Positions 10,474-22,300 of a stretch of DNA of 64,000 bases are shown here, piece by piece. The position numbers and the translations under genes were made by a program. A model generated the notes under the pieces. The model worked only from the letters and a program-made list of their open reading frames with translations. It made no database searches and had not been told where the DNA came from. The first letter of the stretch is position 1. Every line of letters starts with the position of its first letter. This DNA comes from Yuukianura sp. NJ FZ-2021. Its lineage: Eukaryota. The stretch is from the NCBI GenBank assembly GCA_046563655.1, contig CM102289.1:4526001-4590000 (forward strand), in the 5' to 3' direction.

Positions 10474-12959
10474 TTACGAAACCATGGCAGCTAACCCATC
10501 CATATCAACTTGACTGTCATCTAAAGTAATCAAATCCGGGGCTGGCACCGCAGGAACCGGAATTGCATGAACACCTCGGCTAGAACCTCCTCTGTAAGAA
10601 CCCCGACGTGCAGTGGCAGTCTGATTAGTAGCACGCAGTGTCACACCAGGCCCATTGTCAGGAGCATTTGCCATAGCAGGATTCACAGCTCTGACTCTTC
10701 GAATCCTAGTGCCTGTAAAGGAAAAAATAATAACAGACGATAGTGAAGTAATTATAATTGCAGCGAATTGAAAGTCTGTTAAAGCGTATTTAAACCTCTC
10801 GTTAAAGTAGTATCAAAATATGAAGTTATCTAAGTTTAAACCAGATCAATACGGTTCACTTGTTCCATTTATAATCCAAAACTCCCTCTACAACTAATGG
10901 TAATAAAGCTTGAATCAATAACGTGTCTTACTACGACGGGTGGAAGCAGCTGGAATATTGCGAGGTTGTACTTGCACTCCTCCCGCTAATTGCTGAATCC
11001 CTATCCAATTCCCAACATCGTCCAGGTTAAGTTCAAGTTCATCGATATCCATAGCGTTCATTATGCGATTGATACGCCTCCCTCCTGCGGCATTAGTACG
11101 CTCTTCAGCTTCAGCAGTCTGAACAGCTTTGGCAACTGATACTTCCGTCTCTCTTTCCTTCAGCAATGACTCTCTACGCTGTTGTACTTCTGACGGAAGC
11201 AATGAGTGCATCTTGATCACAAAGTTGTTCAGATCAACCTGTCTAGAGCTCTTCGTAATAGCAGTTCGGCAAATCGGGCAGTCACTCTTTTTCTGAGTCC
11301 ATTCTGTAATACAGTGGTGACAGAATGTGTGACCACAGTCTATAACAGCAGCCTGAAATCAAAATAACGATGCATGTCATTGAAATGCTAGTATGATCCA
11401 TGTTATTATATTTCAAAATATTGTTTTACGACTAAATAACTTACATTAATGTAGACTTCGTTGCAAATACAACAGTTCAATTCGGAGTCCAAAGCGGAAA
11501 GAATATTCTGAAACAACTTTGACTTCTCCGCTTCCGCCGCCGCCTTAACCTCTTCCATTTGTTGTTTTAGCTGATCTCGCTCAATTGAAGATTTGAGGGC
11601 AAACAGTCTGTGCTCATTTTTCAGATCCTTGTATTGTTCTGTGAAATACTTCAGCTGCCGATTGAGAACTTGTTGATCCAATGGCTCGGATTCTGAAGCT
11701 AGATCAACTAGTATATTAGGTTGAGATTTTAAACGAGTATTGGAAGCAGTAGTGGATGAACCAGAGTCAGCATTCATAGAAACTACAGAAGTTAAGATGT
11801 CAGTTGTTTTAAGATCCTCACTGGCCGGTGGTACTGTTCGCTGGGGCGCTGGAAACACACAATGAACATCATCTATATCCAACAATTCATCAACGTCCTC
11901 CGGTTCGCTTTCCATGGGGTCACTCGTTTTCTTTGGAACAGCTGACGAGGTCTTCCCAAATCCACGCTTGTTTGGACTGGGACTAACAACAAAAATTATT
12001 TCATAAACTCTAACTCAATGATAAAGGTTATCTTATCTAGTTTTGAATGCCTTACCAGTGATGCCTGGTACTATTTGAGATCTGACGGAACTCCGTATTA
12101 CGATTCTGATTTGTAGTTTCTGCAATGAAATCCGTTCGTGCGGAGTGTTGCGGCAGAGATTCAGTTAGTGGAGGCTGTGCCGTAAGGTTGTTATTATCAT
12201 TTACAGCATTGAGACCTAATCCAGTGACGGCGGATGATTCGGATCCCAGTAAGTCATCGCTTTCAATGCTGAGAAGGGATTCGCTTTCGTCGCCAATATT
12301 GTCCTCCTCCATAGACAATGCGTCGTGAAATGAGTTTGCGGTTGAATGTAGCTCGGAGGGACCTTCCTCTCCCAAAACACAGTTGTTTGTATATTCAAAC
12401 TTATATGACAAGGCTCCGCCAGGAATTAGATCCAAAATGTCATTTGTAGAAAGCTTCTTGGGTATCAATTTCTGCAGTGGTGTATTATTCACCCTAACAC
12501 CATTAGTACTCTGCCAAAAAAAAAAATCAGTGGTGAACAATACAAATAACATATAGTTCGTATTATCACACAGTACGCATAAAAAAGTTGGGGTAACATA
12601 CGTAGTCCTGAATCCACCATGTGTTTTCCTTGTACTCCAGGACACAATGTTTTCGAGAAATCTGAAGAGAGTTGATGACACTGTCACTTGCCATGATCCG
12701 GCCAATGACGAACTGTAAACAGCGAAATAAAATGGTGAGACAGGAAGGAAATGAATTCATTCTTTTAAAAATATTACTTTAATAGTATTTTGAAGCAAAT
12801 TAACATTACATGGTCTCCTTTAAGGTTTATAACTTCGGCTGCCGGATGTGTGAGACATGGATCGCTGGAACCAGTCGGTCTTGGTATAAGTTTGAGTTTA
12901 CCAGTAACAATTGATGGTGGAATCGGAACCCCATCTTCTAATTCCAGATCAACTTCCAT
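10474..12959 (-). CDS. RNF8: FHA + RING E3 ubiquitin ligase, RNF8-like
   Basis: N-terminal FHA (FVIGR...ISRKHCVL...WWIQDY|STNGVRVN), coiled coil, then LDSELNCCICNEVYIN|AAVIDCGHTFCHHCITEWTQKKSDCPICR...LNNFVIKMHSLLPSEVQQRRESLLKER matching the RNF8 C-terminus. Last coding exon 10712-10474. Confidence 0.88.
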
Positions 12960-13568
12960 CTCGTTCTCGGTGAACAACAGTTAAATTCCAGTTAGGCAGT
13001 GTGGAAGTGGATTGATCGATTGATGAAGTTGAAATAACGGCAATTACTGTTTTCAAAGTATAGCCTGTCTCGTTTTAGGTTTCAAACATGAACAAGCAAC
13101 TTTAAAACAAACACAAACAAACGTTGCAACTTCCAAGTCAAATTCGAAACTAAGAAATTACGTTAAGTTCTTTTAAGCTTATAAAAGTCTAAAATGATAA
13201 AAAAAAACAATACGGCTCAACTAAAAGTCACCCGAGATTGCCGAGAAGAGAAGAGACCCGAGTGGAGGTAAACGGAAATTTTGGTTGCAGTAAGGCCTAA
13301 CCACATCAATTGTGACTGTCATTTTGAGTTAGTAATTCGCATTTGCGATTTGCGAACGAAGGTTTGCATTGCAAATTATTCGCCCTACTGTATTTTGATA
13401 ACATAAATAACATATAATAATAACAACTTCGATGATAATAATATTTCTTACACTCGTTCGTAATTACTTCTTATTAGAAAAACAAAAACCGGGTGAAGAA
13501 AAAAAGATATTTGAAGTAAACCCCATTTAAAGGAATTAAAAATGGCGATGTAGTGTAATTACGATATG

Positions 13569-13713
13569 GATGACGTGGTGTACAGACTAATCGTACCGTC
13601 AAACCATGTATTACCTACTAGTTTTTATAATGCTAGTACTTCGCCATGCATGTACGAAGCGCATGCTAAGTTATGGTTTGTCCTTGACGCTCTGTCTAAG
13701 CGCGTGCGTCATC
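13569..13713 (+). ncRNA. Candidate structured RNA (long irregular hairpin), family unknown
   Basis: GATGACGTGGTGT..AGAC..CGT..CAAACCATG (13569-13608) pairs with TATGGTTTG..ACG..GTCT..GCGC.TGCGTCATC (13672-13713), with several G-U pairs on the + strand. Lies between RNF8 and FRMD8. Confidence 0.3.
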
Positions 13714-14061
13714 GACAATTTATTGTTAAAATGCTAACGATTTACTGTGATCATGATCTATGAACTCCTAGAAATATCAGATTCAAACATAACCTAACCT
13801 GTTTTTAACAGTTTAGAATGAAAAATCGAAAATTTAGAAAAAGATGTTAGAATCGAACATGTAGTTGTTTTCGTGTTGACTGATTGTATTGATTGTTAAA
13901 TTCTTTCAACGTAAGCAGTAACTATACAATGCTATATAAAACAGAAGTCTACAGATCAATTTGAAAATGCCCACGATCCAGGTTGCGCAATGCAAACACT
14001 ATTTTCATCGAAAGCTGCCAGGGAAAGTTCATCAAGTTTGTTGCTCAAGCACGACGTTTCG

Positions 14062-15959
14062 TCACCTCCATGAGCAACGGTTCGAAGCGATCCCAGAAAA
14101 TCTAAAACCAAGAGATTCAAATCCTTTTGTAACACTGGTAAAATTTAATTTCCGAGTTTGGTTTTTCAAAGTTAATTCAAATTCGTTTTTCAAACCTCCT
14201 CCATTATCAATTTCCAGAGCATCTGCAGCAGAATCTCCTTCGTCATGAGATTCATACCCGTTTCCAGCGTTACGCCCTCTGTTTCCTCTGAGGAAGCTGT
14301 TCATCAGAGCATCCATCATTGGCGCCTGCTTCGAAAATATTTGTAACATTCGACTGTAACGGTTATCCGAGCCGCAGTCCGTAAATTGGAGAAAAAGACA
14401 GGGAAAGCATTTGGGATTGGTTTCATGAGCTGGCCAGCCGAGCTCTACTTTGAAGGACTCGAATGTAGAACCAATCAGAATTCTCTGAAAATTAATTTAA
14501 GAATAGTTTTATGCTTCATGGATCAACCACAGAAAAATCTTAGAATTTAGAATTTTTATGTGGCTATAAGAGTTAGCAGGATTTTACGTTTCTGTAGTAG
14601 TCTATGACATGAAGACTATGATTGTTGATAGCAACCAGAACAAAATTATCTGGGTGATCTAGAAATGACCAAAGCCCTTTGGATGGGCTCTCGACTTGAC
14701 CATGGAACATGGCGCTCCTAATGAATATTGAAACGTTTGATGTTATAAAAATTTACTTCTAAACAGATATAATGCTGAAAGGAAAGTTAAAAAATCTCAC
14801 CCATAGTATGGAAGTGTCCAGCAAAGCTCCAAGTATTTTCGAATAAGTTTTCGAGAAGGGGTTGTCGGAGGAATAAGCCGAAAATTCTCCATAACAAGCA
14901 TAACTGGAGAATTCTTCTTCTTCCCAAGTAGTAAAGAAGGAATCCAAGTAGCCTCACAAACGTGTTCAGGCAAAAATTGACGCTGGTTTTCCCTGTTTGA
15001 TCATCCGAAAAGTTATTTTAAATTGAGTATGAATCAATTAATCTTCTTGAACAACCCTACCGAAAGAAATCCAGCGTATGGACTTCCGGATTGAATGACC
15101 CCATTTCAATTCCAGCTTGCAGGGCCCCAAGCGTGGAGTAGTCTTCCTGTTCACAAGGATATCTCCCGGACAAAATATTGTGACGCGCTTCAGCATAAAA
15201 CAGCTCCAGAATTTTACTGTCTTTGATATTTCGTTCATCTCGGCGGTTGAGGTAAATGTTTCTCCGGAGACAGATTCGAGGTTCATCTGACTCCGCCTCT
15301 AGATGTGTCGCTGTACTGTAATTGTGTAGCAACCGCTTCCAGGTTTTTCGAACACCGAGCGGCTGTTGATGTGGCTTTAGTTGGACCTCTAAGAAATTTA
15401 AGTCATCAAACTAAAATTTACGTTCACATTACATAGTCAACGAATTTACCTAAAAATGAAGACGCCATCCAAAGAGAAAAGACATCCACAGCAAACGGTG
15501 GAAGCGCCAATTGCTCACTCTCGACAATCGTCTGTAATAGTTCACGAGCTGTCACTACATTGCCCTTCTCAGGTTCTACAATAGCTGCTGTTCCAGTTGC
15601 CAAATACACTGCAATCTTGCATCCTGGTAAAAAAAAATTAACGTACACATTAAGCATTCGTTGGTTATAAAAGGTCATGCGTAGCATGATAAATGCAACG
15701 TACGTTTCGGTACACGAGGTGTAATTTTGCGCTGGTAATAGGAATCCTCTGACATTGTCTGGGTTTCCACGGAGGTTTTGCGCGGAATCAAACGTTCCTG
15801 AAATCCTCCATCTTCTCCGTCCCCGGGGGAACTTGGATTACCGCCAGAATTTCCGTTGACGACGACGACAGTAGGATTAGTGGTGGTATGTCGCTGCGGC
15901 GATGATTTGAACCCCAATGTTGATCCTCCTCTCTCGCGCAGGCGTTCTTCCATTGTCAT
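14062..15959 (-). CDS. FRMD8: FERM domain-containing protein 8 (FRMD8/Bili/iTAP)
   Basis: IAVYLATG..VFSLWMASSFLEVQLKPHQQP, DEPRICLRRNIYL, LELFYAEARHNILSGRYPCEQEDYSTLGALQA, LPYYGSAMFHGQVE, PCLFLQF, MLQIFSKQAPMMDALM. GT-AG introns are phase-consistent. Confidence 0.92.
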
Positions 15960-16316
15960 TTCCTTTTCTTCGATACCCCTGTTTCTATTTTTTTTTTCAG
16001 CAAAAACGCTAATTGAGTGACGCTGCCTGTCGAATTGCAAATTTTCATTTCATTAAGTTTTCCTCAAGAATTTCTGTAAGTGATCTGTGAAAGGGTCTAA
16101 ACTTATATAGTAGACGCTGGTAAATGTTTAAGTTTTTTTTTGTTTCGGAATTAGAAGAAAGTTTAAGTGTTGCAGTAGGTGTAAACGATGTGGTTTCAGA
16201 TCATGTTCAATCCGAAATGCTTGTTAAGTTTTACCTGTTATATTTTGTGTTCTTTCAAAAATGAAGCGATATTTAGAGAGAATGCGGAAATTAAAATTAA
16301 TGAACTATATTTACAG

Positions 16317-16627
16317 AGACTTCCAGTTCCAACTAATCAACAAACTGTATTTTGTGTTTGTATGTCCACTAACTGGAAAATAGTGAGACACCTAGAAATA
16401 TTGATTTTCTAAAGAAGGAAAGGGAAGGGAAAGTTTAGTGTTCTCTCCCTTCAGATCTCTGTTCTAAACTTTTTGAATTTACTTTCGAAGTGTTTGTTCT
16501 AAAAATCGATTCTGGATCCGGCAGCTGGCAAATGCTACAGGAAGATGTCAGGAGCATACGACACAACATACTACGGCTTGCGACGTCCCGAAGTTCAAAA
16601 TCTATTAAGGGAGTATTTTTGGGATAA
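16317..16627 (+). other. Possible small spliced transcript divergent from FRMD8 (microprotein or lncRNA)
   Basis: Acceptor at 16316, exon 16317-16359, GTATGT..TTCAG intron 16360-16454, then an in-frame reading to TAA at 16625-16627. Upstream GTAAGT donor near 16076. No recognisable domain. Confidence 0.25.
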
Positions 16628-16966
16628 AACAAAGAAAGAAAGCAGAGAAAGTCAAATTAAGATTTTAGTCCTGCATTATTTACCTCCATACATTAAGTTT
16701 TGTTTAATTTCCGAATTGAGAAACACTAGAACGATTTTCTAAACCAGTTGCATTATACATAGCTAGACATTCGCAAATATTAGATAGACTCCTCATACAC
16801 GAACATTTATTGTTAGCTTTGGTTCGGAATTTTCCACACTGTCAAGTCTTGTTTAAATCAAATAGAGCTGTATCAATTAGTTTATTAGTCAAATGAGTTG
16901 GTATTAAATTCACATTTGTACGAATTATGTCCATTTATGATTTACTTTCGACAGTCCGATATATAC

Positions 16967-17049
16967 GCCCGGCTAGCTCAATCGGTAGAGCGCAAGGCTT
17001 TTAAACTAAAGATACCTTGAGGTTGCCGGTTCAAGCCCGGCGTCGGGCG
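16967..17049 (+). tRNA. tRNA-Lys(UUU) with a 10-nt intron (17004-17013)
   Basis: Acceptor stem GCCCGGC/GTCGGGC, D-arm GCTC..GAGC, anticodon stem CAAGG/CCTTG with CT-TTT-A[AACTAAAGAT]A, T-arm GCCGG-TTCAAGC-CCGGC, downstream T-run. Confidence 0.93.
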
Positions 17050-17099
17050 TTTCTTTTTTTGTTGCCGACTATGAATTTGAACGGACTGCTAACAATTAC

Positions 17100-17650
17100 C
17101 ACAGTAGTATCAGTATGCAGTGCGGGTAATTAATTACTCGCCTTGTACAACTTTATTTAGGTATTTTCATTTAACCTTAGCTAGTTTTCTTAAGCTTTTC
17201 AAGATTTTTAACGGGAGCGATTTTTGATAATTAGATTTATACCATCTATAATTAAATTAAATTCCTCAGAATTTGCTTCCCGAATAATCGCCAAAGGGGG
17301 GTATACCATAAGTATTTCCTCCAGTTGAATTGAAACCATACGCCGAAAGAAAATTTTGGAGGTCACTTTGGGTCATTCCAAGGTTATCTGTCAAATTTCA
17401 TCCAAATTTAAAATAACCAGGTCCGTGCCTACTCCTGGTCAATGTTTAAAACGGAGCGAGCAATTTACATTGGTTTGTTTGGGGTGATTATGAGTTTTTC
17501 TCAAAACGATAAAACGTTTAACGACAGTGGAATTTCTTTTTTTTTTTGCCCTAGTGACGCCAAAATTGGAGTAAAGTTCCCGCACGGAAATGTACCCACT
17601 GAATATTTTTCTATAACGTTTCATACGTTTCCAGTACGTAAACCACTGTG
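17100..17650. mobile_element. Possible decayed non-autonomous DNA transposon with CACAGT.. termini
   Basis: Left end CACAGTAGTATCAGTA versus reverse complement of right end CACAGTGGTTTACGTA (12/16 identical). Non-coding interior. No target-site duplication seen. Confidence 0.25.
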
Positions 17651-18016
17651 ACCGGTTTTATACTTCTACTACATCTGTTTTGAACAATTTCCCAATATAA
17701 CCAACGATTGACAAAATCAGAGTCATTTTTACGTTATCTATACAGATGACGGAAAGAAGCAAAAGAAAAGAATTGACTTGGCTTTGCTTGTAAAGTAAAT
17801 GTCAACGTTTTGACAGCGTGGAATTAGCGCATAGAATTAGCGTGGCAATATTTTGATGTTCCGGTCTAACTCAACCGCGGTGTTGAGTCACCATTGCAAA
17901 AGTTCCAATCAACAAAATTAGGTAAACTTTTTATCATTTTGCAAAGATGTTGATGTTCTCTTTTAGTTTAACAATCAAGGCCTATATTTCATGTAAAGCC
18001 TGATGTTCCACAATGT

Positions 18017-18099
18017 GTTCTGGTGGCGTAGTGGTTATCGCATCCGTCTTACATACTTAAGCCCACGGAAGGCCAAGAGTTCGAACCTCTTCCAGAACA
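18017..18099 (+). tRNA. tRNA-Val(UAC) with a 10-nt intron (18054-18063)
   Basis: Acceptor stem GTTCTGG/CCAGAAC, A-box TGGCGTAGTGG, anticodon stem TCCGT/ACGGA with CT-TAC-A[TACTTAAGCC]C, T-arm AAGAG-TTCGAAC-CTCTT, discriminator A, downstream T-run. Confidence 0.92.
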
Positions 18100-19347
18100 T
18101 TATTTTTTATAATTTAATTTTTTTTTATCATGCCAGATTTAAAAAAGTTGTAAGAGTGACTTTGTAGCATTTTGAAAGACAAAAACGTTATTACGGCAAT
18201 CGTAGGAGGTCAAACTTGTTGACTCGAGTCAAGAGTTCAGCCTCTCTGAAACCATTTTTTTCATTCTTTTTTCATCAAAAACTGATAGTTTCATACATTT
18301 TGCGAAATTGTACAAAACTAAGTAAAGAATTGAGAATTTTAAATAATAGGAGCAGGCTTTCGGGGTTTAATTATGAATGAAAGAAAAGTACAAACCACCT
18401 AACCTTAAGTTTGTGTTTGTTTACAATTTCAGGTTATGGCATTCCTTATGGACACCAGAATAGCCATCCTCCGTCAGCATTTAGCAACAATAGGATTTGT
18501 TCCCGGAGGGATGGTATTTCCTTTGAAGATGCTTCCAAGCTTAGTCCAAAAGAATTTGAAGTTGGGAACAAAAAAAGCACTAAAGGGGATCGTTGAAGTG
18601 CACAGTAATCCCCATTTCATTTTTGTGAATGCCATGCATGTAGCCAGTGAGTAAAAGAAGTACAGGGATAATTCAACCTTCTTCTGTCCCCCAGTACTGA
18701 ATTTTCCCCCAACAAATCGTCATCTCGTCAGTTGTTTCTAATGAGTGGAACTGAAAGTAACTGAACGGGTTCCTCTAATTTTGTTGTTACAATACTGGCC
18801 AGAGTGTAGTGGAAAATTTATAAGATTAACCGTGGTAACAGGTTAAGTTGTGACTTTTTAAGTGAAGACAGTGAATCAATAGGATGAGCCCAATAACGAT
18901 ATTGGAAAACTTAATTGTGGTTCGCAGTATTAGGACATGTTCATCACTGTAACTGTAAAAACTACGGCGACAAAGAGGGAAATCGAGGTCACGAACTCAC
19001 GATTATCACATTTTAAAAGGAGCAGTCATCTTCTGCTGCCCACACATCAAATGTAATATTTATATTGCAACAACAGCAAAATCAGTAATACTTTTTCCTT
19101 ATTGGCTCTCGTGAACATGCGTCACCTTATGATTTCCAAACGATTACAAATTAAACTAAGATTGCGCAGTGTACAACCCACTTGACTACGCATGTCTGTA
19201 CCGCACGTAACGCCAAAATTCGTTTTATTGTAACTTTATTGGGTGTTATTTTGTTCAATCTTAATTGGTGTCCATCTAATATCTGGCATTAGTGTATTTG
19301 AATTTTCGGTGTAAATTTGCGACAAATTGTGAATTGACAACACAAAC

Positions 19348-22300
19348 ATGGATAAATTGGAGTTTGGGTTGCCTAACGACGCCAGTGGATGGAATTCGTG
19401 GTCAGCGATGAAAGGGCGCAGGCGCCAAGCTGTACGCCTTTCTGCCTCTGTCGACTCTCTTCCGTGTGCAGAAAATGAATTCTTTTCAAGCTCCGGAAGT
19501 TTTTCCAACTGCCCTCCAGGTATTGCAATTTAAAATTTAGAAACACTTTGAATCAATGCTTTAAAGGCTTTAAAATCAATGAGAAAAGTGTTACGCATTC
19601 CACTTTTTCCAATATTTTGGTATTCCAACGCCCTATTATGTTGAATTTCTCAGAATCTTTTACAATCCGAATTTTGAAACAAAACGTCTAAGAAAGACGA
19701 AAATTTTTGCATCAATCAAAGCGTATGGAGCTAAATGCTCTACAAAATCAAATTCACACGGCAGTCACTAGGAAGTTTTTTATTTCATTTTTTTTTTTAC
19801 TAATTTTTATGAACTTTGATCACGTATGCAGTGATGCTTCCGGAAGAAGATATTTTGGAATGAGTAATAATATTGATAATTCTAAGGTCACCCTGGGATC
19901 CCTTGGGGTTAATCACAATGTGGCCCTACCTGCTACTCAATTCATGACTAATGATCATTTCTTACGAAGCTACAATCTTGTTTTGATTCCTCAAAGCAGT
20001 TTACCGTTTGACTGCAAATTATGTTAGCACAACCTTCCTACGGACATAATAGTTCACGAAGATTCAATTCCCTTAACATGAACGTTCTTTACATGCCTGC
20101 CATTCCCATGTTTTTAAACTTACCTAAGGAATATTGAATCTCTGGATTTTTGTCTAGAGTAATAGTGTTAACATTGATAGCTTTTGAGATTATTTCGATT
20201 CAGTGACTTACGAAAACAATGTTCAGGCCATCTTCATTGATGGATAGACTTTTGGATTGTGGAGGCTGTTCAACCTTGCACTTAACGTGTATAAAAAAGA
20301 CAGGAAATATATGATTTCTTGGATTCGAGTTAATGATGCCCTCCCCTTTTATTCGGCAGTGCCTAATAATTAGACAAAGCCATTGTTTCGTTTAGACACG
20401 CAATGGAATGCAAAACATGTTCACAGATCCATCATTTAATTTCACAGCAAGGATTTTCGATTTTTATTCCAAAGAATATGCAGAGATGATATGTGAATAG
20501 ATTGATTCTCACTTGCATCTCAAACTTCCCGAATCCCAGTGATTAGCTCTTCATCACCTTTTAATTGTTACGTTAAACGTGCAAGATTTTTAGAAGATCG
20601 AAACAAGAATCTAATTTTTCATATGTTTTACGCCATGTCTTTTTGTTTGCATACATTCCGTTGTCTGATTCTAAGCCAAGCGGCAAGGTGCTATTTTCGC
20701 TCATTAAAATAGTCGTAAACGGATGAGGCTGAAATGACTAGAATTTGCAAAAAGAAAATGATCTCACTTACCTCATTTAGGCTTGGCGCTCAGTCACCCC
20801 TCCAAGGTAACTTCCATCACTTTCCGTGTGGATTTCAATAAAATATACCTTGGACAGACGCATCCAAAGCCCTCAGGCTAACTTTTAAGGTCATTCGAAG
20901 TTTTTTAACTATTCCGGATACTGATAGCTGATTTCATAACAATGGCGTCGAATTGTAACAAAACCTATATAGTTTTTTATTAACGTTTCGTAAGAGTAGA
21001 AATTAACTCTGCTATGCTTAAAAAGTAAAAATTTTCAGCGTTACTGTTACATATTAAATGTTACAAGGGCTTTCCGTTTTTTTTTATGAAAATTTAAAAA
21101 GGACGACCAATGGCAATAGGGACATGAAAATTTAAAGTTTTATTATAGTAGTTATTAGTGCTGAGGATATTTTCGCACTGCTCCTTTGGAAAGTGGCGTT
21201 GAAAATCGGTAATTCAAAAGTGTCAAACCGTGGTGTAATTTGTTGTATTATTTTCAGAATACGAGGAAGACGGGAGCGTCAATAACATTTTGGACGCTTA
21301 TGGTGAACGCGTGACAACAACCTCAGGATCCACTTCATCTGGTCATCGCCTCAGCGGAGCCGTGTCATGGTCCGTGCTGGACAATCCGGGTAGTACAATG
21401 ATATCGGCCGTTGCCACCCCACCTCCACCGCGCCAACCTCCGAAAGGCGACGAAAGCTCTGGTGTAGGAACAGACACGTTGTCATCAGTTTCTCCAACAG
21501 GGTCATCCACGGTCTCAGGAAAACGCAATAACCATTCACCTAATCATCGCCTCTTGCCAAGTTTGGAAGTGTCAAGGGCCATGACCAGCGGAAATGAGGC
21601 CGAGGACTATGAACACGTCTACTGTCAGCTCGATCCATACTTTGTAAGTTGTCATCATCCTCTTTTATGGGACAGGTTTAACTGCAGAGGTCAACTTAAG
21701 ACGATGCTGCCAAGCATCTGTTGCATTCTCACTCGTGTTTCACTTGTTTTCAAAATTGTTTCGCTTAAGAACTACCATATTTTTGTGAAAACGTTTTCAA
21801 GGAACATAAACCTTTGGCTTGTCAGTTTTCCAATTAACATTGAATGGGGTTCGAAGGCTTTGCATATGCTCGAAGATTTTGTTTCTGGCATAATTAAGTC
21901 GTCTTAACGAACGGCGGCGGCGGTGCTTTTACTTTGAATTTTTGGCAATTCTTTGTCTGTTGTCTCCCATCTGTCCACTCAGCAGCTTCTGCTTCTTTAA
22001 ACTAAAAAAACCTACAGTCAGCATGTACAAAAAATTTCAATGGACCAGAATACGTCAGAGTCCTTAGGAGAGATGCTGTTGGCTTAGAAAGGATTGACAA
22101 GTCTTCCAGGAAATGGGCGATGATAAGATATGCTTGAATTACAAGAGCCCGCATATTGTTATTTTTCCGGTCCATATAATCTTGAGGCGGCTCCACACGT
22201 TTTTACTGACATCCAAAAAAAACTTTGCAGATGCAAGACTGGAAAGTTCAAAAACATTCTTAGATTTTGAGATGCAAGCGCAAGCTGCAACTTTTCATCG

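Noticed and set aside
18229..18260. AAGAGTTCAGCCTCTCTGAAACCA plus T-run resembling a tRNA 3' half
   Set aside because: No matching acceptor 5' strand, D-arm or anticodon arm; at most a relic.
18411..18654. Exon-like segment with two short ORFs
   Set aside because: No recognisable product and no convincing in-frame link to neighbouring genes.
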